A DNA stretch of 64,000 nucleotides from Candidatus Latescibacterota bacterium (GTDB taxonomy: Bacteria > Latescibacterota > UBA2968 > UBA8231). Positions 40,248 to 50,893 of the stretch are shown here, piece after piece. Below the pieces are notes generated by a model, which ran no database searches, was not told the DNA's origin, and was given only the letters and a program-made list of their open reading frames with translations. A program made the translations under genes and the position numbers. The stretch is taken from contig OZ241362.1 of the NCBI GenBank assembly GCA_965200315.1, positions 32,001 to 96,000 of the forward strand, given 5' to 3'. The stretch's first letter is position 1. Every line of letters starts with the position of its first letter.

Positions 40248-41183
40248 GTGCCGATGCGTCTAGAATTTTGGCTAATTATCGGGTTGTTGGCAGCCTGCGA
40301 TAGCGGAGCGCCCAAGGACCGCGCCAGCATCAGCGAGGAGAATGCCGAGGGGTTCCGGTTGTTGCAACAGGGCCGGACCGAGGAAGCGCTGGTCCTGTTG
40401 CAGCGGGCAGCCGAGAAAGATTCGGCCAGCATGGAAGTCCACTACAATATGGGCGTGGCACATACGCATTTGCAGGAGTGCGCAAGGGCTATTACGGCCT
40501 TTGCGCGTGCCGTGGAATTAGCACCGGAAAACCCAAGTGCGCATTTTGCCTTGGGGATTGCCTTGGCGGCTGAACATCGCCAGCGCGACGCAGCCAAACA
40601 CTTTGCGAGAGCGGCGACCTTAGCGCCAGACCAGGCCGAATACCATTTCCGCCTCGGGGAGGCCCGCCAAGCCCTAGGGGAGATCGAGGAAGCACTCGCG
40701 GCGTTTGCCGCGGCAATCCGCGCCGATTCGACGCACGTGGACGCCCATTTCTTGCGCGCTGGCCTGCTGGCTTGGAGCAACCAGCCGGAGGAAGCCGAGC
40801 GAGGGTATAGACGGGCGATTGAGTTAGACAGCCGCCGTGCGGACATCCTGTGGGAACTGGGCCAAGTCTATATGCAGCAGGGCCAGTACCCGCAGGCCGC
40901 CGAGGTGCTCAGAAGCGCCCTTGAACTCGAACCGCGCAATACCCATGCGCTCTATCTGTTGAGCCAAGTGTATTTGCTCAGCGGTCAGCCGGACGAACGT
41001 GCGGAAGTCTTGAGCACCTTTCAGCGCCTGAGCGCGGCCCAGCGGCATTTCAAGCAGGGCGCGTTATGCGCCGAGCGCGGAGCCATAGACGAGGCGCGAA
41101 AGGCCCTGCGGGAAGCCTTGGTGCTCGATCCAGACCATGCCAAGGCCCAAGAAAAATTGGCACAGTTGGATAAAGAGCGGTGA
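40248..41183 (+). CDS. TPR-repeat lipoprotein
   Basis: Lipobox LAAC; multiple 34-aa TPR repeats. Confidence 0.85.
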   Translation: MPMRLEFWLIIGLLAACDSGAPKDRASISEENAEGFRLLQQGRTEEALVLLQRAAEKDSASMEVHYNMGVAHTHLQECARAITAFARAVELAPENPSAHFALGIALAAEHRQRDAAKHFARAATLAPDQAEYHFRLGEARQALGEIEEALAAFAAAIRADSTHVDAHFLRAGLLAWSNQPEEAERGYRRAIELDSRRADILWELGQVYMQQGQYPQAAEVLRSALELEPRNTHALYLLSQVYLLSGQPDERAEVLSTFQRLSAAQRHFKQGALCAERGAIDEARKALREALVLDPDHAKAQEKLAQLDKER

Positions 41184-41391
41184 TCTCACTGACAGCTAAA
41201 GCAGCGAGTATTCGCCCCGGATTACGGCGAGGCCCCAGCGGGCAAGGTTCCGCGCCGCATTCAAATCGGCATGGGAACAATGCCCACAATTCTTGCAAGA
41301 AAAGTCGGCTTGACGACGAGTGCCCACCTGCAAGCAGTTCAATCCCTATCCCTCCGTCGACTAAAGATCGGCGGTCTCACGGGAGGTATTT

Positions 41392-43038
41392 ATGAAGGCG
41401 CACATTTTGTTCTTGTTGTTGGCGGCTTGCTCGCCGGCAAAGAAGCAGCCTACGGCGTCTGAACAGTCCCACTTTGTCGAGGTGGGTGGGGATAGCGGCC
41501 TGACGAAAGTCCACACGGGCGGTAGTGGGGAAAAAGGCTATATCGCCGAGGCCAAAGGAGGGGGTACGGCTTGGTTGGACTTTGATGGCGACGGCGATTT
41601 GGATCTCTACTGGGTGAACGGAGCCGCGCTGGACGATGCGCAAGGAGGCGGCAATGCTCTCTACCGCAACGATGCGGCAAGCGGTTTTGTCGATGTGGCC
41701 AGTTCCTTGGGCGCAGCGGGCTGGGGCTGGGGCATGGGGGCTGTCAGTGCCGACTACGACAACGACGGGGACGCGGATCTCTACATCACCAACCTGCACG
41801 CGAATATACTCTACCGCAACGACGGCCATGCGGGTTTTGCCGCAGCGGGAGGCGAGGCCGGGGCGGCGGGGGCTGCTTGGAGCACGGGCGCGGCATTTGG
41901 AGACTACGACCGGGATGGAGATGTCGATCTGTACGTGGCTGGCTACGCCGAGTTCGACCCCGGGGAAGTTCCACGACTGGGCAGCCAGTGGAAAGGGGTT
42001 GATGTGTTCGTCGGGCCGCTGGGGCTTATGCCGGAGGCCGACTCATTCTACCGCAACGACGGCGGAGCCTTTGTGGAGGTCGCCGAGGAGACCGGTCTGG
42101 CGCATCGAGAGCCGGGCTATGGTTTTGGGGTGCTCTTCGTCGATGTGGACGACGATGGGGACGTCGATCTATACGTGGCCAATGACTCCACACCCAATTT
42201 CCTGTGGCGCAACGAGGGGGATGGAACCTTCACCGAGGTGGGGCTGCAAGTCCAAGTGGCGTATGGGGCGATGGGACACTCACAGGCCGGCATGGGCGTG
42301 GCTTGGGGCGATTACGATGGGGACGCCCGTCCTGATATTTTCTCGACGCACTTTGAGGACGACTACAACATCCTCTACCGCAACGAGGGGGTGGGTCTAT
42401 TTGCCGATGGGTCCGTCGCGGCGGGGCTGGGCAGGACCAGCTTTCACTTCGTGGGTTTTGGCACTGGATTTTTTGACCGCGATAACGACGGCGACCTAGA
42501 CCTGCTGGTGGCCAACGGTCACGTCTATCCGCAGATAGCGCGCGCGGGCAGCGGCACTTCGTACGCCCAACCCAATCAGCTTCTCGACAATCGCGGCGGC
42601 CGCTTTGAGTTGCTCTTGCCCAACGACGGCGACAGCTTGGGCGCGGCCAAGGTGAGTCGGGGGAGTGCGATTGCCGACTACGACAACGACGGCGATTTGG
42701 ACCTGCTCGTCACCAATCTCGACGACCGACCGACGCTTTTGCGCAACGACCTAGGGAATAGGCAAAACTGGCTGGGGGTCGCGTTAGTCGGCAAAAAGAG
42801 CAATCGGGGTGGGATTGGTGCCCGCCTGCGCTTGGCCGCCGGTGGCAAAGTGCAAGTCCGCGATATCATCAGCGGCAGCAGTTTTCTCTCCAGCGAGGAC
42901 CCGCGAGCCCACTTTGGTCTGGGCCAGATTGAAAGGGTGGATTCGCTGCAAGTGCGCTGGCCGAGCGGGGGCGTGCAGGTGTTGAAGAACCTGCGGATTA
43001 ACCAGTATGTGGTCGTGGAGGAGGATGGGAGCGAATGA
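41392..43038 (+). CDS. CRTAC1-family FG-GAP/ASPIC-UnbV lipoprotein
   Basis: Repeated DYDNDGD.DL motifs, AHFGLG..VRWPSG; lipobox LAAC. Confidence 0.9.
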   Translation: MKAHILFLLLAACSPAKKQPTASEQSHFVEVGGDSGLTKVHTGGSGEKGYIAEAKGGGTAWLDFDGDGDLDLYWVNGAALDDAQGGGNALYRNDAASGFVDVASSLGAAGWGWGMGAVSADYDNDGDADLYITNLHANILYRNDGHAGFAAAGGEAGAAGAAWSTGAAFGDYDRDGDVDLYVAGYAEFDPGEVPRLGSQWKGVDVFVGPLGLMPEADSFYRNDGGAFVEVAEETGLAHREPGYGFGVLFVDVDDDGDVDLYVANDSTPNFLWRNEGDGTFTEVGLQVQVAYGAMGHSQAGMGVAWGDYDGDARPDIFSTHFEDDYNILYRNEGVGLFADGSVAAGLGRTSFHFVGFGTGFFDRDNDGDLDLLVANGHVYPQIARAGSGTSYAQPNQLLDNRGGRFELLLPNDGDSLGAAKVSRGSAIADYDNDGDLDLLVTNLDDRPTLLRNDLGNRQNWLGVALVGKKSNRGGIGARLRLAAGGKVQVRDIISGSSFLSSEDPRAHFGLGQIERVDSLQVRWPSGGVQVLKNLRINQYVVVEEDGSE

Positions 43039-43047
43039 CGCTGAGCC

Positions 43048-44205
43048 TCAGACCGCGACTCCTTCGAGCCACGGCAGATCCACCTCAATGCCAAAGCCGG
43101 GCGCGTCGCTGGGCACGAGATAGCCGTCTTGGATGGCTGGTGTGCCGGGCAACAGGGTCATTTCGTGGAGCGGCACCCCGGGCGGGGACACGCTTTCCGA
43201 GCGCTCGCCCCAGACGATGGCCGGCATGGCAAAAGAAAGGTGCTGGCCATAGGGGTAGTTCATGCCGCCGTGGGCAATGACCGAGACGCCTGCGGCCTCG
43301 GCGAGGTGGCAGATTTTGACCCCGGCCGTTATGCCCCCGACCCACAGCACGTCTGGTTGCAGGATATCGACGAAGCGGCCGTCGAGCACTTGGGCAAAGG
43401 TGCGCGGCAAGTACCAGTGCTCGCCCGAGGCAAGGGTTTGCCAAGGGAGCCGCTGGCGCACTTGGGCGTAGCCGATCCAATCGTCGGCGGGCAGATAGTC
43501 TTCGATCCACTTCAAGCGGTAGGGACGGAGCATCTCGGCGAGGCGGACTAGGTGCTCCACGTCCTGCGACAGCCAGCAGTCGAGACTCAGCTCGATGTCG
43601 TCGCCGATGAGTTGGCGCGTGCTGGCCACGAGTTCCTCGATTTTCACGAGGCCGTCGAGGCCGTCGGCCGCGCCCCACGGGGTAAAGAGCTTGGTCGCCT
43701 TAAAGCCTAGCTCCATGTACCAAGCCTGCTCAAACCCAGAAGCATAGCAGAAAATTTGGTCCTTTTGCGGACCGCCGAGCAGTTCGTACACAGGTTTTTG
43801 CAGCAGTTTGCCCTTGAGGTCCCACAGCGCGGTATCCACGGCGCTGATGGCGTAGCTGGCCAGCCCTTGGCCGCCAAAGGGCGCGGTGGAGCGCACCATG
43901 ACATCCCACAGCTTTTCCGTGGCCATGCAGTTTTCGCCGGCGAGCAGCGAGGCGAAGTGATCGTTGATGATGGGCAATACAGGCGGCGCGTGGACGGTCA
44001 GCCCAAGGCCCCAAGTGCCGTCCTCGGCCGTGACCACGCAGGCGATGCGCTGCCAAGGTGGGGAGCCAACGCGGTCGGCGCGGAAGCGGTCGTAGCGATC
44101 GAGTGGCCGGTGTAGGGAGTGGCTGGGCCGTTGGGCGGGGCGCGGGGTTGTCTTCTGGGGAGGTGTGAGCGCGATTTGCGCGGCGCGGATTTCCTTGATT
44201 TTCAC
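43048..44205 (-). CDS. Mandelate racemase-family dehydratase (L-rhamnonate dehydratase-like)
   Basis: AISAVDTALWDLKGK, LDCW, WIED, SGEH, QPD, APGFG. Confidence 0.85.
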   Translation of the reverse strand: MKIKEIRAAQIALTPPQKTTPRPAQRPSHSLHRPLDRYDRFRADRVGSPPWQRIACVVTAEDGTWGLGLTVHAPPVLPIINDHFASLLAGENCMATEKLWDVMVRSTAPFGGQGLASYAISAVDTALWDLKGKLLQKPVYELLGGPQKDQIFCYASGFEQAWYMELGFKATKLFTPWGAADGLDGLVKIEELVASTRQLIGDDIELSLDCWLSQDVEHLVRLAEMLRPYRLKWIEDYLPADDWIGYAQVRQRLPWQTLASGEHWYLPRTFAQVLDGRFVDILQPDVLWVGGITAGVKICHLAEAAGVSVIAHGGMNYPYGQHLSFAMPAIVWGERSESVSPPGVPLHEMTLLPGTPAIQDGYLVPSDAPGFGIEVDLPWLEGVAV

Positions 44206-44215
44206 GGGAGCCTGC

Positions 44216-45484
44216 TCAGGTGAGTTGGGAAAAGCGGTCGGGCGTGAAGAGGGTTTGTAGGGTTTGGGCGATGCCAGTGCGGGTTACTTGTCGGCCAGCA
44301 TCGTGCAGGTCTTGGTACTTCTCGGTTAAGACTCTGGCGAGGATGTCGCGGAAGCGCTGCCACTTGGGGATGAGGTTTTCTAGTACGCGGGCATCTGAGT
44401 TAAAGGGGATGAAGCGGTCGCCGGTCATTTCCAAACGCATCCGCAGGTCCTGTTCGACCAAGCCCGGATGGTAGTTAAACCACCAGTGGCCAATGACCAT
44501 GATATTGTCGTTGTGGCAGGAGAGGACGCTGGCGTCGTATTGGTTGGCGTTGTGGAGCGGCGTGATGAAAAAGGCGTTGTCGGGATGGCGGCGCACCAAC
44601 TGCTGATAGGGATACATGTCGGCTAGACCCACGCCGTCGCCGGCGTCGCGCCACTCGGGTTTGAGCTGGCGGATGGGGCCGGGCATCATAAAGAAGGGCA
44701 AGTTGAGTTCGCGCAGGGCCGGCAGCACCGCGTGGTGGAGGACGGCCCCTTCTAGTCCGCTGAGGTCGTGGGCCTGGCAATGGGGCGGGAACGAGCACGC
44801 ACCGTACGCGACGGAGTGCAGCTTGCCGTACCAGTCGGCGAGGAAGCGGCGGATCGCGTGGGCGGTGGTGGGTTGGCTGGGGTCGTTGCCAACCTCGTAG
44901 CCCCAGGCGTTGAGCTTCCCCGCCGCGCGCGGGTAGTGCAAGACGAGTTCGTCGAGGCGGTAGCCGGACAAATAGCACTCGTCCCACTCGCCGCTTTCGT
45001 AGTAAGTGCGCTCTTGGTCGTTAAATACGTCTTGGGTGCCGACGATGCGGCGCACACCGGCTAGCTCCATGCAGCGGCGTTGGATTTCTTCCGGGGCGGT
45101 GTCCGCGTAGAACTGGCGTGCTTCGTTGAGGGTATCGGCGTTGGGGTCGAGGCCGAGGGCTTCGAGTGCGACGACCACACCGCGACAGCCTTCGTCGAAC
45201 GGGTCGGAAGCTGCGTCGGCAAAGAGCTTCTGCCAGGTAAAGTCGCCTTGTTGTTCTAGGCTCCAGGCGTAGAAAGTGGCCGGGTCGATGTGACCGGCGG
45301 CGAAGAGCTTGCGGCGCACGTAGTGATAGGTGAGCTGCTGGTCGATGCCGTACAGGCAGAGCTGAGGGCCGGCTGAGGGGCCGAGGAGATGGGTGTGCCA
45401 GTCGTCGACGATCAGCCGTTGGGCCGAGGTTTCTTCGGCGACGACGGTTGGGATTTGGTCGCGGAATAGGGGTGTGGTGCTCAT
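44216..45484 (-). CDS. uxaC: Glucuronate (uronate) isomerase, amidohydrolase family
   Basis: DWHTHL, GIDQQLTYHY, GHWWF, SDARVLE. Confidence 0.8.
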   Translation of the reverse strand: MSTTPLFRDQIPTVVAEETSAQRLIVDDWHTHLLGPSAGPQLCLYGIDQQLTYHYVRRKLFAAGHIDPATFYAWSLEQQGDFTWQKLFADAASDPFDEGCRGVVVALEALGLDPNADTLNEARQFYADTAPEEIQRRCMELAGVRRIVGTQDVFNDQERTYYESGEWDECYLSGYRLDELVLHYPRAAGKLNAWGYEVGNDPSQPTTAHAIRRFLADWYGKLHSVAYGACSFPPHCQAHDLSGLEGAVLHHAVLPALRELNLPFFMMPGPIRQLKPEWRDAGDGVGLADMYPYQQLVRRHPDNAFFITPLHNANQYDASVLSCHNDNIMVIGHWWFNYHPGLVEQDLRMRLEMTGDRFIPFNSDARVLENLIPKWQRFRDILARVLTEKYQDLHDAGRQVTRTGIAQTLQTLFTPDRFSQLT

Positions 45485-45563
45485 GGCGAAGGCTCCTGTC
45501 GGGGTAAGGGGCATAACAGTAGGCCAAGAGCAGCGGGGCGTCAAAGGGGATTGACGAGGAACG

Positions 45564-48500
45564 TTAGGAAGGCTTCTCAGAATCTTGGGCCGTGCGGTAG
45601 AACTGCTTGAGCAAAGCGTCGCTGAGCGTATTGCGTACATCTTCGTTGTTCACAAAAGCGTTGACGATTTTTTCGTTACGACCTAGACGCTGGCCAAAGG
45701 CCCGCGTGACTTCTGGGTCAAAGACCTGCTTAAACTGATCAATGGAATTAGCTCGCGCCTGTTCGACGAGACGGGTGTTTTGTGCCATATCGCCCGATAT
45801 TTGGTCGAATAATAGTTTATCTTCTTGCGTCCAGTTGGTGCCGAAACGCTCGTTGATGACGTCGATGATTGTGGATAGCGGTGCCGTCTGCTGGTCTTTG
45901 GCTTGTGCGGTGCCCACGTCGCCAGCACCATAGACGGCATCTGTTTCTCCCAACTCCAATGATACGCTGCCCGAAAATGTCTGATCGTTGCGGTAGCACA
46001 CGAGCGCGACCTCGTCGTCGAGGTCCAATAGACCGCCACCGGAGCGGTAAGGCAGTTTGGTGAGCAGATAGCGGCCATAAGCGTAGCGCTTTTCGAGATT
46101 GCGGTCTTGCCAGTTGATGATCTGGCTCAAGAAGCCATAAAGCCGCACAAAGCTGTGCAGGGTGCTTTTGAATACTTCCCCTGCCTCAGAAGGGGGATCG
46201 CCGTATTCGTTCTTAAACCGTTCGACGGCACGATCAATATATATGTTGAGCCGGCCGTGGTCGCGCCCTGTCTGCATGGGGCGGGGCTTGAAGTAAACCT
46301 GCGAAAAGCTGTCGATATCTCGGTCGAGCAGCACGGGCGCAGCTCGCAGCTTGTCCTCAAGGGTGTACAGGTGATTGGGATCGCTGGGTTCGTCGATTGC
46401 GGTTTGTTCGTAATAGGGCTTGAATGCTGCCTTGATTTCGTCGATTTCGTTGGCAAAGTCGAGGACAAAGGTATCTACCTTCCCGGTCGTTGTGCGGTTG
46501 AGGCGCGAGAGGGTCTGCACGGCCTTCAGGGCGGCAAGCCGCTTATCGACGAACATGGTATGCAAAAGCGGCTGGTCAAACCCGGTCTGGTATTTTTCGG
46601 CGACGATCAGGATTTGATAGTCGGGAGTGGCAAAACGGGCAGGTAGTTCGCTCTCGCTGATGCCGTTGATGCTCACTTCCGTGTATTGCTTTTCCGCGAC
46701 ATCTGGGTCGGTAACGGTCCCGGAAAACGCCACGAGCGTCTTGAGATCGGCGTATCTTTTTTTGGCGATGTAGCGGTCAAACTCCTGTTTGTAGCGCACT
46801 GCGTGTAACCGCGAGCAGGTGACGACCATGGCTTTGGCGTTGCCATTGATTTTGCGGCAGGTGTAGGTGCGGAAGTGCTCGACCATGATTTCCGTCTTTT
46901 GCGCGATGTTGTGGGGATGCAGGCTCACAAACCGCGCAATGGCCTTCTTCGCCTTGCTCTCCTTTACCTCCGGGTCGTCTTCGATTGCTTTTGATAGCTC
47001 GTAGTAGGTTCTGTAGGTGGTGTAGTGCTTGAGCACATCGTGGATAAAGCCTTCTTCGATGCCTTGCCGCATGGAGTAGAGGTGGAAGGGGCGTGGATGG
47101 CCTGCGGCGTCGGGTACGCCGAACATTTCGAGGGTCTTGTGTTTGGGGGTTGCGGTAAAGGCGTAGAAGTTGATGTTGGGCTGCGGGCCTCGGCGTTGGG
47201 CCTCTGCCAAGACCAAATCTTCCATGTCGGGTGGATATTCGTCTTCGCCTTGGTTGAAGGGCGTACTGCCTAGCACACTGCGAAGATGACCGGCGGTGCG
47301 TCCGCCTTGACTGCTATGCGCCTCATCGACGATGACGGCGAACTTCCGCGCAGACAGGTCTTGTACTTTGTCTAGTAGGAAGGAAAACTTTTGCAGCGTT
47401 GTGATGATGATCTTGGTGCCCTTGTTGAGTTCGTCGGCTAGGTCGCTGGAGTTGCGGGCGTCGTCGATTTTGGCGACAACGCCCTGCTTGTGTTCGACTT
47501 GATAGATGGTGTCCTGCAACTGCTTGTCGAGATTGCGGCGATCGGAGACGACGACGACCGAGTTGAAGATGGGACGGTCTTCAGCGTCGTGGACACTGGC
47601 GAGTTGATGAGCGAGGTAGGAGATGGTGTTGGTTTTGCCGGAGCCAGCGCTGTGCTGGATGAGGTAGTTGCGGCCGGTGCCTTTGTCTTTGGTATCAGCA
47701 ATTAAGACGCGGACCGCGGTGAGTTGGTGGTAGCGAGGGAAGATAAGGGTCTCTTTGGTGGTCTTGCCGCTTTTTGGGGTGTATAGGCGAATGAAGCGGT
47801 GGATGATATCGAGCCAACTGTCGCGCTGCCAGACCTCTTCCCACAGATAAGCAGTTTTGTAGCCGGTCTGATACGAGTGGTTGTCGGGGTTGCCTTTACC
47901 GCCTTGGTTGCCGGTGTTGAAGGGCAGAAAGAAGGTCTGCTTGCCGGACAGGCGGGTGGTCATGTAGGCTTCGTCGGTATCGACGGCAAAATGTACGAGG
48001 GCGCGTTTTTTGAATTGGATTAGCGGCGTCTTGGAAGTGGGGACGCGGTCTTTGATGTATTGCTGAATGGCGTGACCGGTGCGCTGGCCGGTGAAGGCGT
48101 TTTTGAGCTCGACGGTGGCAATGGGCAGGCCGTTGAGCGATAGTAGCAAATCAATGGTGCGTTTACTGTCTGGGTCGTAGCGCACCTGTCGCATTACGGT
48201 GAGGCGGTTCTGGCGGTAGGGCCGTTTTGTTTCGGGGTTCAGGCTGGTCGGCGGGCGGAAGTAGGATAGGTGGAGGTGTTGCCCTCGGTCGCGGACGCCG
48301 TTGCGGACTACGTCGAGCAAGCCGCGCCTGTCGCACTCGGTGGCGATGCGCTTGACGATTGCATCGTCTAGATTGCTGCCATAGCTGGCCTTGAGGGCGT
48401 CGAGGGTGTCGGGTTGCGTCTCTTTGAGGAAGGCGAGTAGAGTGTGTTTGTCGAGGGCGAGTTCGGGGTCAAACTGGCGGTTGTCGGCTTTGGTGTATCC

Positions 48501-48569
48501 GGCGTGGTCTACTAGATGAGCCTCGATGGCGTTTTCAAAGGCTTTTTCGGATGTGGGTCTGTTGGTCAT
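45564..48569 (-). CDS. hsdR: Type I restriction enzyme R subunit
   Basis: D..ELKN nuclease motif, QHSAGSGKT, DEAH, FTATP, TGFDQP, QTLSRLNR. Confidence 0.95.
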   Translation of the reverse strand: MTNRPTSEKAFENAIEAHLVDHAGYTKADNRQFDPELALDKHTLLAFLKETQPDTLDALKASYGSNLDDAIVKRIATECDRRGLLDVVRNGVRDRGQHLHLSYFRPPTSLNPETKRPYRQNRLTVMRQVRYDPDSKRTIDLLLSLNGLPIATVELKNAFTGQRTGHAIQQYIKDRVPTSKTPLIQFKKRALVHFAVDTDEAYMTTRLSGKQTFFLPFNTGNQGGKGNPDNHSYQTGYKTAYLWEEVWQRDSWLDIIHRFIRLYTPKSGKTTKETLIFPRYHQLTAVRVLIADTKDKGTGRNYLIQHSAGSGKTNTISYLAHQLASVHDAEDRPIFNSVVVVSDRRNLDKQLQDTIYQVEHKQGVVAKIDDARNSSDLADELNKGTKIIITTLQKFSFLLDKVQDLSARKFAVIVDEAHSSQGGRTAGHLRSVLGSTPFNQGEDEYPPDMEDLVLAEAQRRGPQPNINFYAFTATPKHKTLEMFGVPDAAGHPRPFHLYSMRQGIEEGFIHDVLKHYTTYRTYYELSKAIEDDPEVKESKAKKAIARFVSLHPHNIAQKTEIMVEHFRTYTCRKINGNAKAMVVTCSRLHAVRYKQEFDRYIAKKRYADLKTLVAFSGTVTDPDVAEKQYTEVSINGISESELPARFATPDYQILIVAEKYQTGFDQPLLHTMFVDKRLAALKAVQTLSRLNRTTTGKVDTFVLDFANEIDEIKAAFKPYYEQTAIDEPSDPNHLYTLEDKLRAAPVLLDRDIDSFSQVYFKPRPMQTGRDHGRLNIYIDRAVERFKNEYGDPPSEAGEVFKSTLHSFVRLYGFLSQIINWQDRNLEKRYAYGRYLLTKLPYRSGGGLLDLDDEVALVCYRNDQTFSGSVSLELGETDAVYGAGDVGTAQAKDQQTAPLSTIIDVINERFGTNWTQEDKLLFDQISGDMAQNTRLVEQARANSIDQFKQVFDPEVTRAFGQRLGRNEKIVNAFVNNEDVRNTLSDALLKQFYRTAQDSEKPS

Positions 48570-48577
48570 GGTGGAAC

Positions 48578-49048
48578 CTATGGGCTCTTATCTAATATAT
48601 TGCTCAATTTGCTCCCGCACCTCTCCCGAATAACTGAGTGTCGTTTCCCTTTGAAAGACACCTTCTTTTGCCTCAAGATCTTTAGCTCAGACGCATGACG
48701 GATATTGCCGTGCAACAAGATAGGAAGGAATTTTTCTACGTTGAACTTGAATTTATCGGATAAACCACTGATTTGCTGTGCGCCAGATTGTAGCTGATTG
48801 AGTACCTGATTACCATGGAAGTTACCGCTTTTCAACTCTACTGCGGCTGCAACTATTTTATCGTTTGTCAGGAATATCAAGTGATCACATTTGCTGGCCC
48901 TGTATTTGGTAATCTCGCTGTATTTATCTACATCAATGATCGTCAAGGTCTTACCATTCTCGCCTACATCGACACGGAGTTCACAGCGTGGCCCCCTGCA
49001 TCTCGTTTTGACCGCCGCTGGCCATGTCGATTTGATCTCCGAGTGCAT
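48578..49048 (-). CDS. Small PD-(D/E)XK nuclease-like protein
   Basis: KCDHLIF..AAVELKSG..QLQ pattern; follows the ATPase gene. Confidence 0.55.
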   Translation of the reverse strand: MHSEIKSTWPAAVKTRCRGPRCELRVDVGENGKTLTIIDVDKYSEITKYRASKCDHLIFLTNDKIVAAAVELKSGNFHGNQVLNQLQSGAQQISGLSDKFKFNVEKFLPILLHGNIRHASELKILRQKKVSFKGKRHSVIRERCGSKLSNILDKSP

Positions 49049-49062
49049 ATAGGCTGTTCCTC

Positions 49063-50457
49063 TCAGTCGTCAAGTTTAACGGTCTCGTCGTAGATGGATT
49101 CTGCGATTTGGACGAAGGCGTCCTCCGGTATGCCCTCGTTTTTCGATACGGGTAGTTCTTTTGTTTCGGCTCCGGGGCGGTTGTTGCGAAAGGAGAAGAG
49201 ATAGGCTCCAACTGACTCCGAGGGTAGTTGGTCCTTTTTAGTATAGCCGAGTTTTCTCGCCGCGCTGGGCTTGGAAGACATGCGAATGCAGTTGCTGAGT
49301 TGCTGGAGAAAGTAGTCACTGTGCGTCGTGACCAATACATGCAGCCCTGCATTTACCATCTGGCTGATGGCGCGGGCGAGTATGCGCTGGTTTTCGGGGT
49401 GGAGGTGGGCTTCCGGCTCCTCGATGATGAGTAGGTTTTGGGGATTGATTATATACTTGAGGAAAAGCACGATAGGAGCAATTTCGGAAACCATAGAGGA
49501 AGTGCGATGAATTGGAAAACGGTTTCCGTTTGCCTCATATACGAACTCAGGATATTCTGCGCCGGAGACAGGTTGATCGACATCTATAGTCCCACGACTT
49601 ACTTCTTGTTCGAGAAATACCGCTATTTCACTAAGCGGGCTCGGTTTACGAGACCTTGTTCCAATACGCGGTCTTGTTTCAAGAGTAATCAGGTTACTTA
49701 TGAAGTCTGCTACGACTCCAGTTAGCCGGGGAATCTCAATGGGTTCAATTCCTACTAGAGGTAGGCGGGACAGCATAATCCCTGCGAGTGCTTTATGGCT
49801 CTGTAGGATTCCTGAGCGCGCCGCTGGAAAGTAGTAAGGTATGTCCAAGAGGTCTTGAAAATAATGCTGAACGAGACTATTGATTAAGACAGGGTATGGC
49901 AGCTCTTCAGGTACGGGACGGAGGCTGCTCAAGGGAAATTTGATTCCCGTTAAGGAATAAGAGGCATTATGTAGTGCGAGACCTCCATCTTGGAATTTGA
50001 ACTCAAGCCGTAGGTCTGGTTGATTGCTTTCTATGATGAGCTCAAATCGCTTGTGACACTTTGGCCGAATTAGGTCAGAAAGTTCGCTTCCGAAGCAGCG
50101 CTGGATTTCGCTGCTTAGTTGTTCTGGTAATTGTTCACAGAGTTCCTTGAACCCCTTATCAACCGCTTTCTGTATGACGTTAGGTAGTTCGTCAAAACAC
50201 ACTTCTTCTTGTTTCGCTAACAAATCGTTTAGTTCCCTTTGTTCCTGTTCACCAAACTCAGAGCGGCTGTACATTCGTCTGAGAGAGCTAAAGTGATGAA
50301 ATCTACGCGGACGACTGAATAAGGAAAAAATAGCGTAGTTTAACAGGGCGATATAGGACTTGCCGGCATTGTTCTCGCCGATAAAGACAGTCAAGGGCCG
50401 TGAGGTTATATCCGCCTCTATGAGCGGGCCGAAGTATTTAACCTTAATATTTAGCAT
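49063..50457 (-). CDS. AAA_15/AAA_21 ABC-type ATPase
   Basis: GENNAGKS, SSMVSE signature-like motif, LIIEEPEAHLHP, VTTHS. Confidence 0.88.
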   Translation of the reverse strand: MLNIKVKYFGPLIEADITSRPLTVFIGENNAGKSYIALLNYAIFSLFSRPRRFHHFSSLRRMYSRSEFGEQEQRELNDLLAKQEEVCFDELPNVIQKAVDKGFKELCEQLPEQLSSEIQRCFGSELSDLIRPKCHKRFELIIESNQPDLRLEFKFQDGGLALHNASYSLTGIKFPLSSLRPVPEELPYPVLINSLVQHYFQDLLDIPYYFPAARSGILQSHKALAGIMLSRLPLVGIEPIEIPRLTGVVADFISNLITLETRPRIGTRSRKPSPLSEIAVFLEQEVSRGTIDVDQPVSGAEYPEFVYEANGNRFPIHRTSSMVSEIAPIVLFLKYIINPQNLLIIEEPEAHLHPENQRILARAISQMVNAGLHVLVTTHSDYFLQQLSNCIRMSSKPSAARKLGYTKKDQLPSESVGAYLFSFRNNRPGAETKELPVSKNEGIPEDAFVQIAESIYDETVKLDD

Positions 50458-50515
50458 AAGCGATTTCTCTTTACTATTCTATAGTATGTATAATTGGATA
50501 TGTCACAATACTTTT

Positions 50516-50770
50516 TTAGTATGTCGAGGATTTCGACTCAGTAGAACGCCTTTTTTATGAAACGTAAGATGTACTCGGCAAGAATTGGACATACGCTGTT
50601 GCCTATTTGTCTGAAACTATGCCATTTCGTAGAGTGAAATTGAAACCAATCAGGAAAACCTTGAAGCCTTACAGCTTCTCTAGGAGTTATCACGCGCTCC
50701 TCTGTGGGATGTAGGGGACGAACCGCTTGATAACTGCCTTTATCTTTTTCATTACCTGATCTTAAATTTA
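50516..50770 (-). pseudogene. 3' fragment of a C5-cytosine DNA methyltransferase
   Basis: Manual translation GSYQAVRPLHPTEERVITPREAVRLQGFPDWF..RQIGNSVCP (motifs IX-X); stop codons upstream; absent from the ORF track. Confidence 0.8.
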
Positions 50771-50893
50771 CAGCTACGGAAAAGGTTGACTACTACTAAG
50801 CAATTCCGGCGGCAAGTACAGCAATAAACGTTCAACGGCTCAACAGGCCATTGCCTTGTTGCTGGGTTATCTTCATCTTATTCATTATCGTCG

